IMG/VR virus record: IMGVR_UViG_3300031566_000087
Span: 1-45,362 of that record
From: a virus
Taxonomy: Duplodnaviria > Caudoviricetes
Strand: one strand, 5' to 3'
DNA: 45,362 nucleotides
The notes below the pieces were generated by a model that did not search any database, was not told where the DNA came from, and saw only the letters and a program-made list of their open reading frames with translations. The translations under genes and the position numbers were made by a program. This document shows, piece after piece, positions 18,574 through 27,888 of the stretch; the stretch's first letter is position 1, and the number at the start of each line of letters is the position of its first letter.

Positions 18574-19145
18574 TGCCCGTTACTGTCCCTGGAGTCGTGG
18601 GAGCTGTTCTCCCAAACCTCATAGCTACTGCCAACCTGGGGACAGGCGTACCTCAGCTGGCGTCTGGGGTTGCCAACGGGGTGGTTCAGTGGACTCCCCA
18701 GATTGTCGTGGCGACGATCGATGCCGGATCGCTTGGTGTTGGCTCTGGAGGGCCCGTTCCTGTCGTTATCCCGCCCCCAGCCATGCTAGGCGCCATGACA
18801 GGAGGGTTCGCCTCCTTCGGGCTGCTAGGCATCATGGCGCCCCTGCTCATTGCTGGACTTAGCAACGGCTTGGTACTGGCCTACCTCCAAGCTCTCGTCA
18901 AAACGACCCATCCAGGTATCGGAGTGGGTTCCGGGGTGGCGAAGTTCATCGCTCCGCCGGCTGGTCCGATCTTCATCGCTGGGTTCAAGGCGGCGGGGAT
19001 GAAGGGCCAGTCCACCGACCAGCTCGCCTTGGCCATCGGGCAGGCTCTCGACATTGTTTTCGCGAGTCTACTGATTCCAATCCCCATTGTAGGGTCGGCC
19101 TCACCCGCTGGCGGTGCTGGTGCTGGGGTTGGCAACATAATATGA
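18573..19145 (+). CDS. Small hydrophobic protein with three internal repeats; candidate spike-tip protein
   Basis: The TGATG overlap with the spike stop gives 190 aa (MPVTVPGVVG...). G/A/V/I/L/P-rich with very few charged residues. Confidence 0.75.
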   Translation: MPVTVPGVVGAVLPNLIATANLGTGVPQLASGVANGVVQWTPQIVVATIDAGSLGVGSGGPVPVVIPPPAMLGAMTGGFASFGLLGIMAPLLIAGLSNGLVLAYLQALVKTTHPGIGVGSGVAKFIAPPAGPIFIAGFKAAGMKGQSTDQLALAIGQALDIVFASLLIPIPIVGSASPAGGAGAGVGNII

Positions 19146-19158
19146 AATGGAGATCCAA

Positions 19159-19332
19159 ATGCCGAGAATCATTGGCTTCGAGTCCGTGAGGCCTGTCACG
19201 CCCATCCGCGGCGAAGACGGTAACTTCACCGAGCTAGTGCCCGGAAGGGTTCGTGACTACCTCCACCTTCGGGTGCTGGGCCGATCTTTTCGTCTTCGCG
19301 TCCCCTCCTGGGCCCTCGAACTAGCCTTCTAA
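19159..19332 (+). CDS. Hypothetical 57 aa Arg-rich protein (alternative start 19147)
   Basis: Fills the gap exactly; GGAG is 6 nt upstream of the ATG at 19159. Confidence 0.65.
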   Translation: MPRIIGFESVRPVTPIRGEDGNFTELVPGRVRDYLHLRVLGRSFRLRVPSWALELAF

Positions 19333-19342
19333 GGGTCCAATC

Positions 19343-22300
19343 ATGGGGCTCTCAATCAGCGGCTACGTGTTGGAGCCGATCCGGGTTGGTCAGGCCAACT
19401 CGCCGTTCTCCTCCACACCAAACATCGTTGTCACCAGCCAGGGTGCGTTTGATGCGGCTTACCCGACGGCAGAAACTGAGCCGCGGACGGAGTACCACGT
19501 CTTCGTTCTCCGGGACGGGAAGTTCAACACCACCTCGACCTCAGACACTCCCAGCTTCTGCTGGACCAAAAACGAGGTCATCAATCGGTTTGGCTACGAC
19601 GGTCGGAACCAACGATTCAAGACGCTCCCAGGTGCTCCCATCGAGGTCGCCGGCACCATGGAGGCTGACGCCAACACTGTCCGGCTCTCAGGTGCTCCAC
19701 CGCTCTCCACAGACACCGGCTCCTATCCGCTCCGTGTATCGATCGGCACCGATTCAGGGACCGCCTTCCCGGTCACCCTCGTCGCAGCGGATGTGAACTT
19801 CGGGTCGCCTGGTGCCGGGACCGTCGAGATGTCCCAGGAGACGGGCAACTTCAACTGGAACCCGGCCGACATCACATCCTTCCTGAGCCAGGACGTACGC
19901 TTCCAACGCCAGAGCTTCTTCACACCTGACGAGTCGGACGCCAACCTTGGGGTCATTGACAACGTCCTCTTGCTCAACCCGATCCCAGCCACGGGACAGA
20001 ATCCTCTCATCCGCATCGGATTCGCCGAGTATCTCACTCCGGTAGAGGTGGCTACTGACGGAGCCTTCTCAGGCAGTCCCACGGCAGGCACAGTCGAGTG
20101 GTCTCTCGCGACTGGCCGCCTCAAGTTCAACCCGACCGATGTCTCGTCAAACACGGGGGTAGCCATCTACTACGATGGTGTAACCTTTGGATTCGATGTC
20201 CAGGTGAGCACGGAGGGCTTGGGGACAATCCTTGTTCCAGGTACGCTGTCATTCCTCCCGGATGAAGACAGCGACGTGTTCTTCACGATCCCTGGGGTCG
20301 TCACCTTCCTTCAAACGATCTTCGTGGACGCTTTCAGCCTCTTCGGCAAGCGGGGCCAAGTGGAAATCCGTCGCAGCGACAACGCTGTGCAGTTCTCGCT
20401 CGCCGACAAGGCTATCTACGGAGCCCAGTCCGTCACAGCGGTGTTCCCCGACTTGGCTATCGAACGGGGGATGGCCGTGCGGTTCTTCCGTACACCGGTT
20501 GACCCTGGGGACCTCGACTCGACGCTCAAGGACATCAGCGCCTTCTACGAGTCTACTGACGCGACTCTGGCCGACCCTCTCATCGGGGCTCCGTTCTTCA
20601 CTCTCCCGGCTGTGCCTGTGGACTCACGGCCCATTGTGGTGCGAGTCAAGCAGGGGACGGGCACCCTCCTTCTTGACCCGCTCCCTCGACTCGATGTGCC
20701 CGCTCCCCCAGCGGGCCTTGGGTACGTCATCGATTACGACGCAGCGACCATCAAAGTGGCTCGCCGCCGAGAAGATGTGGTGGTGACCCAATCAACTCGG
20801 GTGGCGTACAGCTCTGTCCAGCTTCCTGATCCAGGACTGTTTGCGTCGGCTCTTGTTCTCGAACTGGAGGACCCGCCAGGATCGGCCACCTACACAACCC
20901 TGCCCGCGACTATTTCCGGCCGCGACTTCGATGTCGTCACCAACCTGGATGCCGGACTCATCACGCTCACCGAAACCGACGGCTTGTTCGTCACCTCAGG
21001 TTCGCTTGGCTCGTTTTCTGGGACCACCACCTTCACGGATGCTGGCCAGAACTTCACTGCGGCGGGAGTTGTGGCCGGTGATTACTTGGTGGTGGCAGCT
21101 GGGGCTGCGGCGGGGGTCTACAACATCGACACGGTGGGCACGACCTCGCTCACAACGGACATCGCTGGAGCCGTGGCGTCGAACATCGCCTACGAGATCG
21201 TTCGGGGCAATGAGATCCTGGCTGACCGCTTCTTCCGCGAGGTCCCAGCGCTTGACCCCAACACGCGGGTCGAAAGACTCTCGTCTCTTGGTGTGACGGC
21301 GAACGCCCCAAGACTGGTCGTCGACCTCACAACGATAGGCTCGATTCGGCTCAGGTTTGGCAAAACGGGCACGCCGTTTGAGCCTGTACAGGTGGTCAAC
21401 GACGGAGCCTTCACGGCCCCGGCCTCACTGGCGGCGGGAGTCGTTGAGGTCAGCCTTGACACAGGCAACCTCAACTTCAGCCAGACAGATGTGAACGCCG
21501 CCCTCAATGTGTTCCTCGCCAAGACGTTGACCATCGGGACAGACTTCCTGGTCAACGCCCAGCTGGGTTTCATCGAGTTCACCGACCGCATGTTGGAGAA
21601 CGAGGAGGTGTTTCTCACCTACGCTCGGATCAACGATGACGATGAGAAGGTGATCATCGAGGAGCGAGGTGTCTTCATCGTCCGCAAGGAGCTGACAGCG
21701 GACCACCCCGTGCCGACCGCAACCTTGTCGTTCAACCCCTTGGGTCGAGAGGTCGCGACAGTGCCTTCGCCCAAAGCGTTCCGTGGTGGGCGTCCACAAG
21801 TCACGGGTGTCCAGGTGGCCTTCTCGGCCGTGACCTCGCCTCCGGTCTCGACCGTGACCTTCCTACCCACAACGCAGGTCACCGATGCTCTCCCATTTGG
21901 TTCCTCTGTCGGCCCGGAAGAGCGCGTCTACATCGACTACTACGTTCATGAAGCCATCGGTGGCGAGAAGACTGTGACGGTCCTCCAGCCCCCGTTCGTA
22001 GGGGTGAACATCGCCATCACTGCGGGCGAAACAGAGTTCACCATCGCAGGGGATCGGACAGCCGACTTCAAGGCCAACCACCTACTCCGAATCGATCAGG
22101 AGGAAATCTATCTTCTGTCGGGGTCGACCTATCTTCCTGGGGAAGAATCCACGACGGTGACGATCGCCTCCCCCCAGGAGTTTCGGAGTGACTTCCGCAA
22201 CCCGAGCTTGGCGGTGACCTCAGGGCAGACCCGTCCAACGGCCGCTTTCTTCTTCCCGAGCTACTTTGTCACGGAGCTGACGCCCTTCGAGACGACTGCG

Positions 22301-25300
22301 AGAGGCCAAAACCGTTTCAAGCTCGTGGGCGATGAAGCTCGAACCTACCGGACCGGCACCATTCTTCGATGGGAGGGAGGTACGGGATCAACGGACTACA
22401 ACTACGTCGAGGGCTCGGTCTACGACTCGGAAACCAACCGTACCACGGTCACCATGTCCTCCAATGGGGCGCGGCAGTACACCTTTGGGGTCACCACACT
22501 CAAGCGGTCGGTTCGTCCAATCCTGTCATCTCCGTTGGCGTCGGTGACGACCACACGGTCTCCTGATTTGGACCAGTCCTTCACGGTGTGGCGTCGAGTG
22601 GAAGGGGAGATCGGACAAGTCCTCGTCCAGCCTGACGACTACACCATCAACAGTGCTGGCGGGGTCTCTTTCACAGACCCGCTCCAGATCGAGGAAGAGC
22701 TGTCGATCTTCTACACAGGGATCGCCACCATCGAGGACGGCCGAGACTTTCGAGCTTCCTACAGCCATCTGGTCGTGCCTTCCTCGACCAACGGACTCAA
22801 CGGACAAATCCTCGCCATCGACTACACGACATACGCTCCTGACTCCCTCTACTGGCGGGTCGAGCCCATGACCATCTTCCGAGCTGAACTAGCGGAGCAG
22901 TTTGGGGACGACGCCAAGGCGGCCATCCCTTCGGGCGGACCTCGATTGGAGAACGCCAGCCAGCCGAAGCTGTTCGAGCAGGGTCGTGAGTCGGTCTTCT
23001 ACCAGGAGGTCCGTCTGGCCAACGAGGACTTGGTTGCTCGACCGACTCTCAAGTTCTTCAATGACAGCATCAATCTGCTGGAAGACGCCCTTCAGTCGAT
23101 GGACGGCCGTGTTGTTGGTGATCGCGACGGCCGTTTCCTGTTTGACGGTCTCATCGACAACCCGACACGACCTGACTTCGCCTCGGTGACGAACCACATC
23201 GACGACATCATGAAGGTGAGTGATGCGCCCTTCTCCTTCACTGTGCCGGGCTTCGTCTTCTTCTCTATCGGAACGTACCTCCAGGTCTACAGGCCCTTCA
23301 AGTTCAGCCGCTTTTTCCCCACCCATCGTGGTGTTGGGGTTCCTGTGGCGCCTCCTCTTGGGCTGGAGACGGGCGACACCATTGGAGACATCGGATTCAA
23401 GAACCTGTCACAGGCCAAGGCTATCTTCCGTCGTCAGCCTTGGGGGCTGGTCACCAAGGCTGCTACCGCCGCTGATACAACCATCGAGGTCGATACGACC
23501 GATGAGAAGGTCTACCGCGTCCGGCCCAAGTGGGAACCAGCCTCCTTGCTTCCTGATTCGGGCGGGGGCTTTGTTGTACACAGGGCTTTGATCACGGACC
23601 AAGACGGCACGGTTTTGCTTGGGCCTCTCTCTGAGCTGGAGGTCGTGCCGGGGAGCACAACGGCGACCACCCTCACGTTTACCACGCCAATTGGGGTACC
23701 CGTTCCAGTGGGGGCCACCGTCTATCAGGTCGGCTTTGATCTAGGCCTAGTGATCACACCCCTCGTGTTCCCACTGGTGCCGCACAGCAAATTCTTCCGA
23801 GCCAATTTCGATGTTGGAGTTGATCGTCAGGCTGGGGAGTTCACGCATATCCAACCCTTCCCACCATTCGACGGCACCTTCTTTCCGCCGGCCTCAGACC
23901 CGCCGAACGTCCAGAACCCGGTTGGTGGCGAGGTTCCGTTGGATGTCGTTTTCGGGATCCCCAACACGCTTCAGGAGCCGTATCGTTTCCCTGCCCTCGA
24001 CGGCGGCGTGCTGGATGATGACGGCAACCGCGGCTTCCCCATCCTCAACCCATGGAGAGAGTCGGAAACGGGTACCAACCCGGACGGTGCCAATATCGGC
24101 TACCTGGCTCGCGAGAAGGAAATCATTGGGGCCGGCGGAGACATCGTGACGGCCACCACGGCCGCGTTCACTGGCACTGGCAGCCTGAGCTTGTCCGAGA
24201 CACGCATCACGCTCGACTCTGGCACCTTCCCCGCTCCGGTTCCGAAGGTCGGTGACATCGTGCGGATCACGAGCGGCCTCAACGTGGGGTTGGACTACCG
24301 CATCGTGACGGCAGCGACCGCGACCTACGTGGCTGTGGCCGGAGGCGATTCCTGGCCCTCAGCGGACACCGGTTTCACCTTTGACGTTGCTGTGTCTGCC
24401 TCACTGGCCAGCGGCGTGGCCGCTTCAGTTTCTGGGTTCACGCTTGTGACGGATGGCGGAGCGGCCTTCCAATCTGCCGGTATTCTGCCAGGCCACACGT
24501 TGGTTTACACCACAGGGTCCAACGCAGGGCTACGACGACAGGTCGTGTCGGTGCCCACTGAGACAACGATGGTTACGACTGCGTGGCCCTTCAACGGCGC
24601 AGGGCTCTACGTCGTTGACGACTCGTTCCTCACCTTTGGGGGCTCAGGGTCAGGGCTGACAGCCGAGCTGGACGACGCCCTCGACGGCCAGGTCGAGGTC
24701 TTGAGCACCAACGTCCCGCCGAAGCCGTACAACACGATCGATGCGCTGGAGATGTTCCTGGACTGCGTGTTCGAGGACATCTTCACAGGCACGACAGGTG
24801 ACACAGGCATCGGGAACACGTTCTTCACGGACTCGTTCGTAGACTTCACGATTCAAGGCATCAGTCTGGTCACGGACTTCATCTACATGCGGATCGGGGC
24901 CAGCGCGGGGATATACAAGCTCGACGATGCTGGTGCCATCACGACAACAACCCTGCCCACCATCGTGGATGACTCTTTCCCGGCCACAGCCTCTGGGTTG
25001 AGCTACCGCATCGTTCGACCTGAAAGTGCCAGCCGTGACGGGCTCCAGGCGATCTTTGAGGCCCTCCAGAAGGCGGACGACGCCTTGGCCGACATCTCGG
25101 CTTTCCAGACTCTTTTGGGGACCACGGTGAGCGTCTTGGGTGACGCGGGAGCCCATGCGGTGGGCTACAGCTTCGCCCTTCGTGCAGGTCAGGTGGATGA
25201 TCGTATCGCGGACATCGAGGACCCTGGAGTCGGCCCAGTTGCGAAGATCAGCTCGGTGATGAGTGCGATAGATCGTCTTTATGACAGGAGATTTGTATGG

Positions 25301-25420
25301 ATCGACGGAAGGACCAATCTAGCGACGGGGATCCTCCCCAAGAAGGATGTGGCGAGGGACAACCGACTGAAGCAGCAGGAAGACACCCTGAAGGCGCTGA
25401 CGAAGCTGCTGACAACGTAG
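19343..25420 (+). CDS. Giant (2025 aa) multi-domain beta-rich virion/baseplate protein
   Basis: Long ORF, T/G/V/F/D-rich, with internal repeats (GxVExSxxTGxxxFxxxD x4; FTDxxxxFxxxG...G.NAG-type modules) and a helical C-terminus. Lies inside the baseplate cluster. Confidence 0.8.
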   Translation: MGLSISGYVLEPIRVGQANSPFSSTPNIVVTSQGAFDAAYPTAETEPRTEYHVFVLRDGKFNTTSTSDTPSFCWTKNEVINRFGYDGRNQRFKTLPGAPIEVAGTMEADANTVRLSGAPPLSTDTGSYPLRVSIGTDSGTAFPVTLVAADVNFGSPGAGTVEMSQETGNFNWNPADITSFLSQDVRFQRQSFFTPDESDANLGVIDNVLLLNPIPATGQNPLIRIGFAEYLTPVEVATDGAFSGSPTAGTVEWSLATGRLKFNPTDVSSNTGVAIYYDGVTFGFDVQVSTEGLGTILVPGTLSFLPDEDSDVFFTIPGVVTFLQTIFVDAFSLFGKRGQVEIRRSDNAVQFSLADKAIYGAQSVTAVFPDLAIERGMAVRFFRTPVDPGDLDSTLKDISAFYESTDATLADPLIGAPFFTLPAVPVDSRPIVVRVKQGTGTLLLDPLPRLDVPAPPAGLGYVIDYDAATIKVARRREDVVVTQSTRVAYSSVQLPDPGLFASALVLELEDPPGSATYTTLPATISGRDFDVVTNLDAGLITLTETDGLFVTSGSLGSFSGTTTFTDAGQNFTAAGVVAGDYLVVAAGAAAGVYNIDTVGTTSLTTDIAGAVASNIAYEIVRGNEILADRFFREVPALDPNTRVERLSSLGVTANAPRLVVDLTTIGSIRLRFGKTGTPFEPVQVVNDGAFTAPASLAAGVVEVSLDTGNLNFSQTDVNAALNVFLAKTLTIGTDFLVNAQLGFIEFTDRMLENEEVFLTYARINDDDEKVIIEERGVFIVRKELTADHPVPTATLSFNPLGREVATVPSPKAFRGGRPQVTGVQVAFSAVTSPPVSTVTFLPTTQVTDALPFGSSVGPEERVYIDYYVHEAIGGEKTVTVLQPPFVGVNIAITAGETEFTIAGDRTADFKANHLLRIDQEEIYLLSGSTYLPGEESTTVTIASPQEFRSDFRNPSLAVTSGQTRPTAAFFFPSYFVTELTPFETTARGQNRFKLVGDEARTYRTGTILRWEGGTGSTDYNYVEGSVYDSETNRTTVTMSSNGARQYTFGVTTLKRSVRPILSSPLASVTTTRSPDLDQSFTVWRRVEGEIGQVLVQPDDYTINSAGGVSFTDPLQIEEELSIFYTGIATIEDGRDFRASYSHLVVPSSTNGLNGQILAIDYTTYAPDSLYWRVEPMTIFRAELAEQFGDDAKAAIPSGGPRLENASQPKLFEQGRESVFYQEVRLANEDLVARPTLKFFNDSINLLEDALQSMDGRVVGDRDGRFLFDGLIDNPTRPDFASVTNHIDDIMKVSDAPFSFTVPGFVFFSIGTYLQVYRPFKFSRFFPTHRGVGVPVAPPLGLETGDTIGDIGFKNLSQAKAIFRRQPWGLVTKAATAADTTIEVDTTDEKVYRVRPKWEPASLLPDSGGGFVVHRALITDQDGTVLLGPLSELEVVPGSTTATTLTFTTPIGVPVPVGATVYQVGFDLGLVITPLVFPLVPHSKFFRANFDVGVDRQAGEFTHIQPFPPFDGTFFPPASDPPNVQNPVGGEVPLDVVFGIPNTLQEPYRFPALDGGVLDDDGNRGFPILNPWRESETGTNPDGANIGYLAREKEIIGAGGDIVTATTAAFTGTGSLSLSETRITLDSGTFPAPVPKVGDIVRITSGLNVGLDYRIVTAATATYVAVAGGDSWPSADTGFTFDVAVSASLASGVAASVSGFTLVTDGGAAFQSAGILPGHTLVYTTGSNAGLRRQVVSVPTETTMVTTAWPFNGAGLYVVDDSFLTFGGSGSGLTAELDDALDGQVEVLSTNVPPKPYNTIDALEMFLDCVFEDIFTGTTGDTGIGNTFFTDSFVDFTIQGISLVTDFIYMRIGASAGIYKLDDAGAITTTTLPTIVDDSFPATASGLSYRIVRPESASRDGLQAIFEALQKADDALADISAFQTLLGTTVSVLGDAGAHAVGYSFALRAGQVDDRIADIEDPGVGPVAKISSVMSAIDRLYDRRFVWIDGRTNLATGILPKKDVARDNRLKQQEDTLKALTKLLTT

Positions 25421-25572
25421 GCAAGGAAAGACCTCGTGCCCAGTGGAAATTCAAGGAGCGTCTCCCCATTCATGAACGGATGGAGGAAGTCGTGCGTCTC
25501 ACCAAAGAGGCCACGGAGAAGGAGCTGGAAGGGCTCCATCGCAAGCTCCGAAAGATGCAGTACGGGAGCTAG
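25297..25572 (+). CDS. Small protein overlapping the last 124 nt of the 2025 aa gene; helical/coiled-coil C-terminus
   Basis: AGGAG (25286-25290) is 6 nt before the ATG at 25297. The ORF also covers most of the otherwise empty 25421-25595 gap. Confidence 0.65.
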   Translation: MDRRKDQSSDGDPPQEGCGEGQPTEAAGRHPEGADEAADNVGKERPRAQWKFKERLPIHERMEEVVRLTKEATEKELEGLHRKLRKMQYGS

Positions 25573-25595
25573 TCCTCTTTTGGGGGAGCTGAATC

Positions 25596-27842
25596 GTGGC
25601 TGACTGGAAGTCATTCGTCTTAGAGGTCCCTGGCAAGGATCTCCTGGAGCCGGTTCGAGAGGTCCTCGAAGCGCTGCTCATCCTTTTGGAGATCCTCAAG
25701 ACCATCCTGGAGACGATCAAGGCGTTCCTCATCGACTTCGGCAACCCCATCCGTGCACTGGTCGAGGCCCTCATCAAGCTCATCGAAGAGCTGTTCTTGG
25801 CTCTCAAGGCGTCAGGGTTCTTCGCCTACATCGACGTGCCAAAGCCAGAGTTGGATCCGAACTTCAACCTCATCGGTGGCGGAGCGACCGCGTTCACCCA
25901 GCGGTTCAAAGCGTCGTTGTTCGACACCCGCGATTTCAACCGGCCTCAGCCCCGCATAGGCTCGACCAAGAGCGGGTTTATCATCCTGATGGTGGACGCC
26001 TCTGATCCCTTCACCCTCATCCGACGCATCATGCAGCTCCTCCGGTTCTTCGGAAAAGAGCTGACCTCTCCTCGTTACGCTGCCGCTACGGACTTCCGAG
26101 CTGGACCCGTGGGGGACTCGGGAGATCCCATCATCGACGTGGCCAGCGTCTTCACCAGCGGGCCCATCAAGTCGATCCTCTTGAGCTGGACCCTGCCGTC
26201 AAGCACAGAGACGCCCGACCCTGGTTTTACGGATGCCGTGGCCAAGGTCGCTGCCGAGTTCAATCCGCCGAACTTTCTCATCGAGAAGAGCGAAATTGTC
26301 AACCCAACTTCGGCCAAGATCGAGCTGGCGGACATGGGTACCCCGGAGGCCACGGGCCAAGTGATCTTCGAGAGGCCGACAAACATTGACGCATCTCTTG
26401 GGGGTCGGTTCGCTAAGACAGAGGGTGTGCAGGTACTCAAGCTGGAGCCCCTGCGAGACACTCAGGGTGACTTGGTCATCAAGTTCCAAAAGTACATCAA
26501 GGTGCCGGTCGGGCTCGATATTCTTGGACAGCTCGGCACCTTCCGTTACATCGACACAGAGGTAGAGATAGGGAAGCGGTACTTCTACCGTGTCCGAGCG
26601 TACAGCGGCGATCTTGCGGTGGACGGCGACGGTCAGCTCATTGGAGCTGCCACGAGCACGGTCCAGCTCAAGACAGGGATGTCCTCGAACAAGGAGACCC
26701 CTGTGTTCGAGTTCCCATCAGAGACGGCTGCCAAGGAAGTGGTCATGGGGGTCCCCTCAGCGATCGTCGAGGTCACGATTCCTGTGGAGACGGATTTTGA
26801 TGTCGTTGGAAATCTGATTCGAGTGTTCCTGACTGCCTTCTCGCTCGACTTCCAAACACCACTTCCAAGAACGTTCACCGACGACAATCCTGTGGGCCCT
26901 GCCTTCGATAGTGAGGGCAACCCAATCAACGACACTCCAGTGTCGTTTGTGGGCATGGGATCCCTAACAGCCGCCGCGGGGATTCTGGGTGGTGGCCGAG
27001 CTGGCAACGACGCCTTGGGGCTCTTGTCAGAGTTTCAAGTTTTGGGGGAGGCGACGGACTTTCTGAACAAGACCAAGAGCGTGCCCTACCAGGACACCTT
27101 CACCAGACTCTCGGCTCGTCGGCTGGCTGATGTGTCGGCTTCTGCCTTACTCCAGGCGGGTGCCCACCTCACGTTTCGGGACATTATGCGGGACAAACCC
27201 CCTCGGGAGGGTCCCATCAACCTCTCTGACCCCGACAACCCTGGGGACTTGCTGGATGGCGCCAACGACATGGAGCAGATCCTCATCAAGTTCACAGAGT
27301 TGGACGAGGATGGGAAAGTGACTCCTGTTGGGGTCACTCGGTTCAAGGCAGGTTTCGACGACTTGAGCCTCCGCAAGAACGTTCTGCTCATCATCAACTT
27401 CCTCAAGAACTTCACGCTTGGAGGCATTCCGCCGGACTGGATCTCGATCGTCCCCCTCAGGGACATCATCCCGTGGGCAGGGCAGCTTCTCTACGATCTA
27501 CTCGACAAGATCGACGCCTTGTTGGCGGCTTTTGCTGGATTCATCGACGAGATCAAGAAGTTCATCGACCTTTTGATCCGCAAGATCGATGCGTTGGAAC
27601 GGTTCATCCAGCTCCTCATCTCGATTCTCGACTTCATCGAGGGCCTCCAGGTGGGAGCTTTCCTTCTATCCGTGCCAGAGGTCGACGGAGATGCGACTGC
27701 GTGGGCTCAAGCCATCGACGAGGCAGGCGGAGATTTCCCCCCAAGCGGTCCTGGAGGCTTTTCCGCAGGGATCGGGCTGGCCTACGTGGCCATCGACATC
27801 ACGGCCTTCAAGACAGCCTTTGGCATCATTTTCGGAGGGTAA
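25596..27842 (+). CDS. Putative baseplate-associated protein with long amphipathic terminal helices and an FN3-like core
   Basis: GGAG RBS. N-terminal LLEPVREVLEALLILLEILKTILETIKAFL..., FN3-like LSWTLP...YIDTEV..GKRYFYRVRAY, C-terminal LLDKIDALLAAFAGFIDEIKKFIDLL... Confidence 0.75.
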   Translation: MADWKSFVLEVPGKDLLEPVREVLEALLILLEILKTILETIKAFLIDFGNPIRALVEALIKLIEELFLALKASGFFAYIDVPKPELDPNFNLIGGGATAFTQRFKASLFDTRDFNRPQPRIGSTKSGFIILMVDASDPFTLIRRIMQLLRFFGKELTSPRYAAATDFRAGPVGDSGDPIIDVASVFTSGPIKSILLSWTLPSSTETPDPGFTDAVAKVAAEFNPPNFLIEKSEIVNPTSAKIELADMGTPEATGQVIFERPTNIDASLGGRFAKTEGVQVLKLEPLRDTQGDLVIKFQKYIKVPVGLDILGQLGTFRYIDTEVEIGKRYFYRVRAYSGDLAVDGDGQLIGAATSTVQLKTGMSSNKETPVFEFPSETAAKEVVMGVPSAIVEVTIPVETDFDVVGNLIRVFLTAFSLDFQTPLPRTFTDDNPVGPAFDSEGNPINDTPVSFVGMGSLTAAAGILGGGRAGNDALGLLSEFQVLGEATDFLNKTKSVPYQDTFTRLSARRLADVSASALLQAGAHLTFRDIMRDKPPREGPINLSDPDNPGDLLDGANDMEQILIKFTELDEDGKVTPVGVTRFKAGFDDLSLRKNVLLIINFLKNFTLGGIPPDWISIVPLRDIIPWAGQLLYDLLDKIDALLAAFAGFIDEIKKFIDLLIRKIDALERFIQLLISILDFIEGLQVGAFLLSVPEVDGDATAWAQAIDEAGGDFPPSGPGGFSAGIGLAYVAIDITAFKTAFGIIFGG

Positions 27843-27888
27843 AGGGGTTGGATTCGGTGAAGCACTTTAGATCCGCGTAGGTAGGGAC

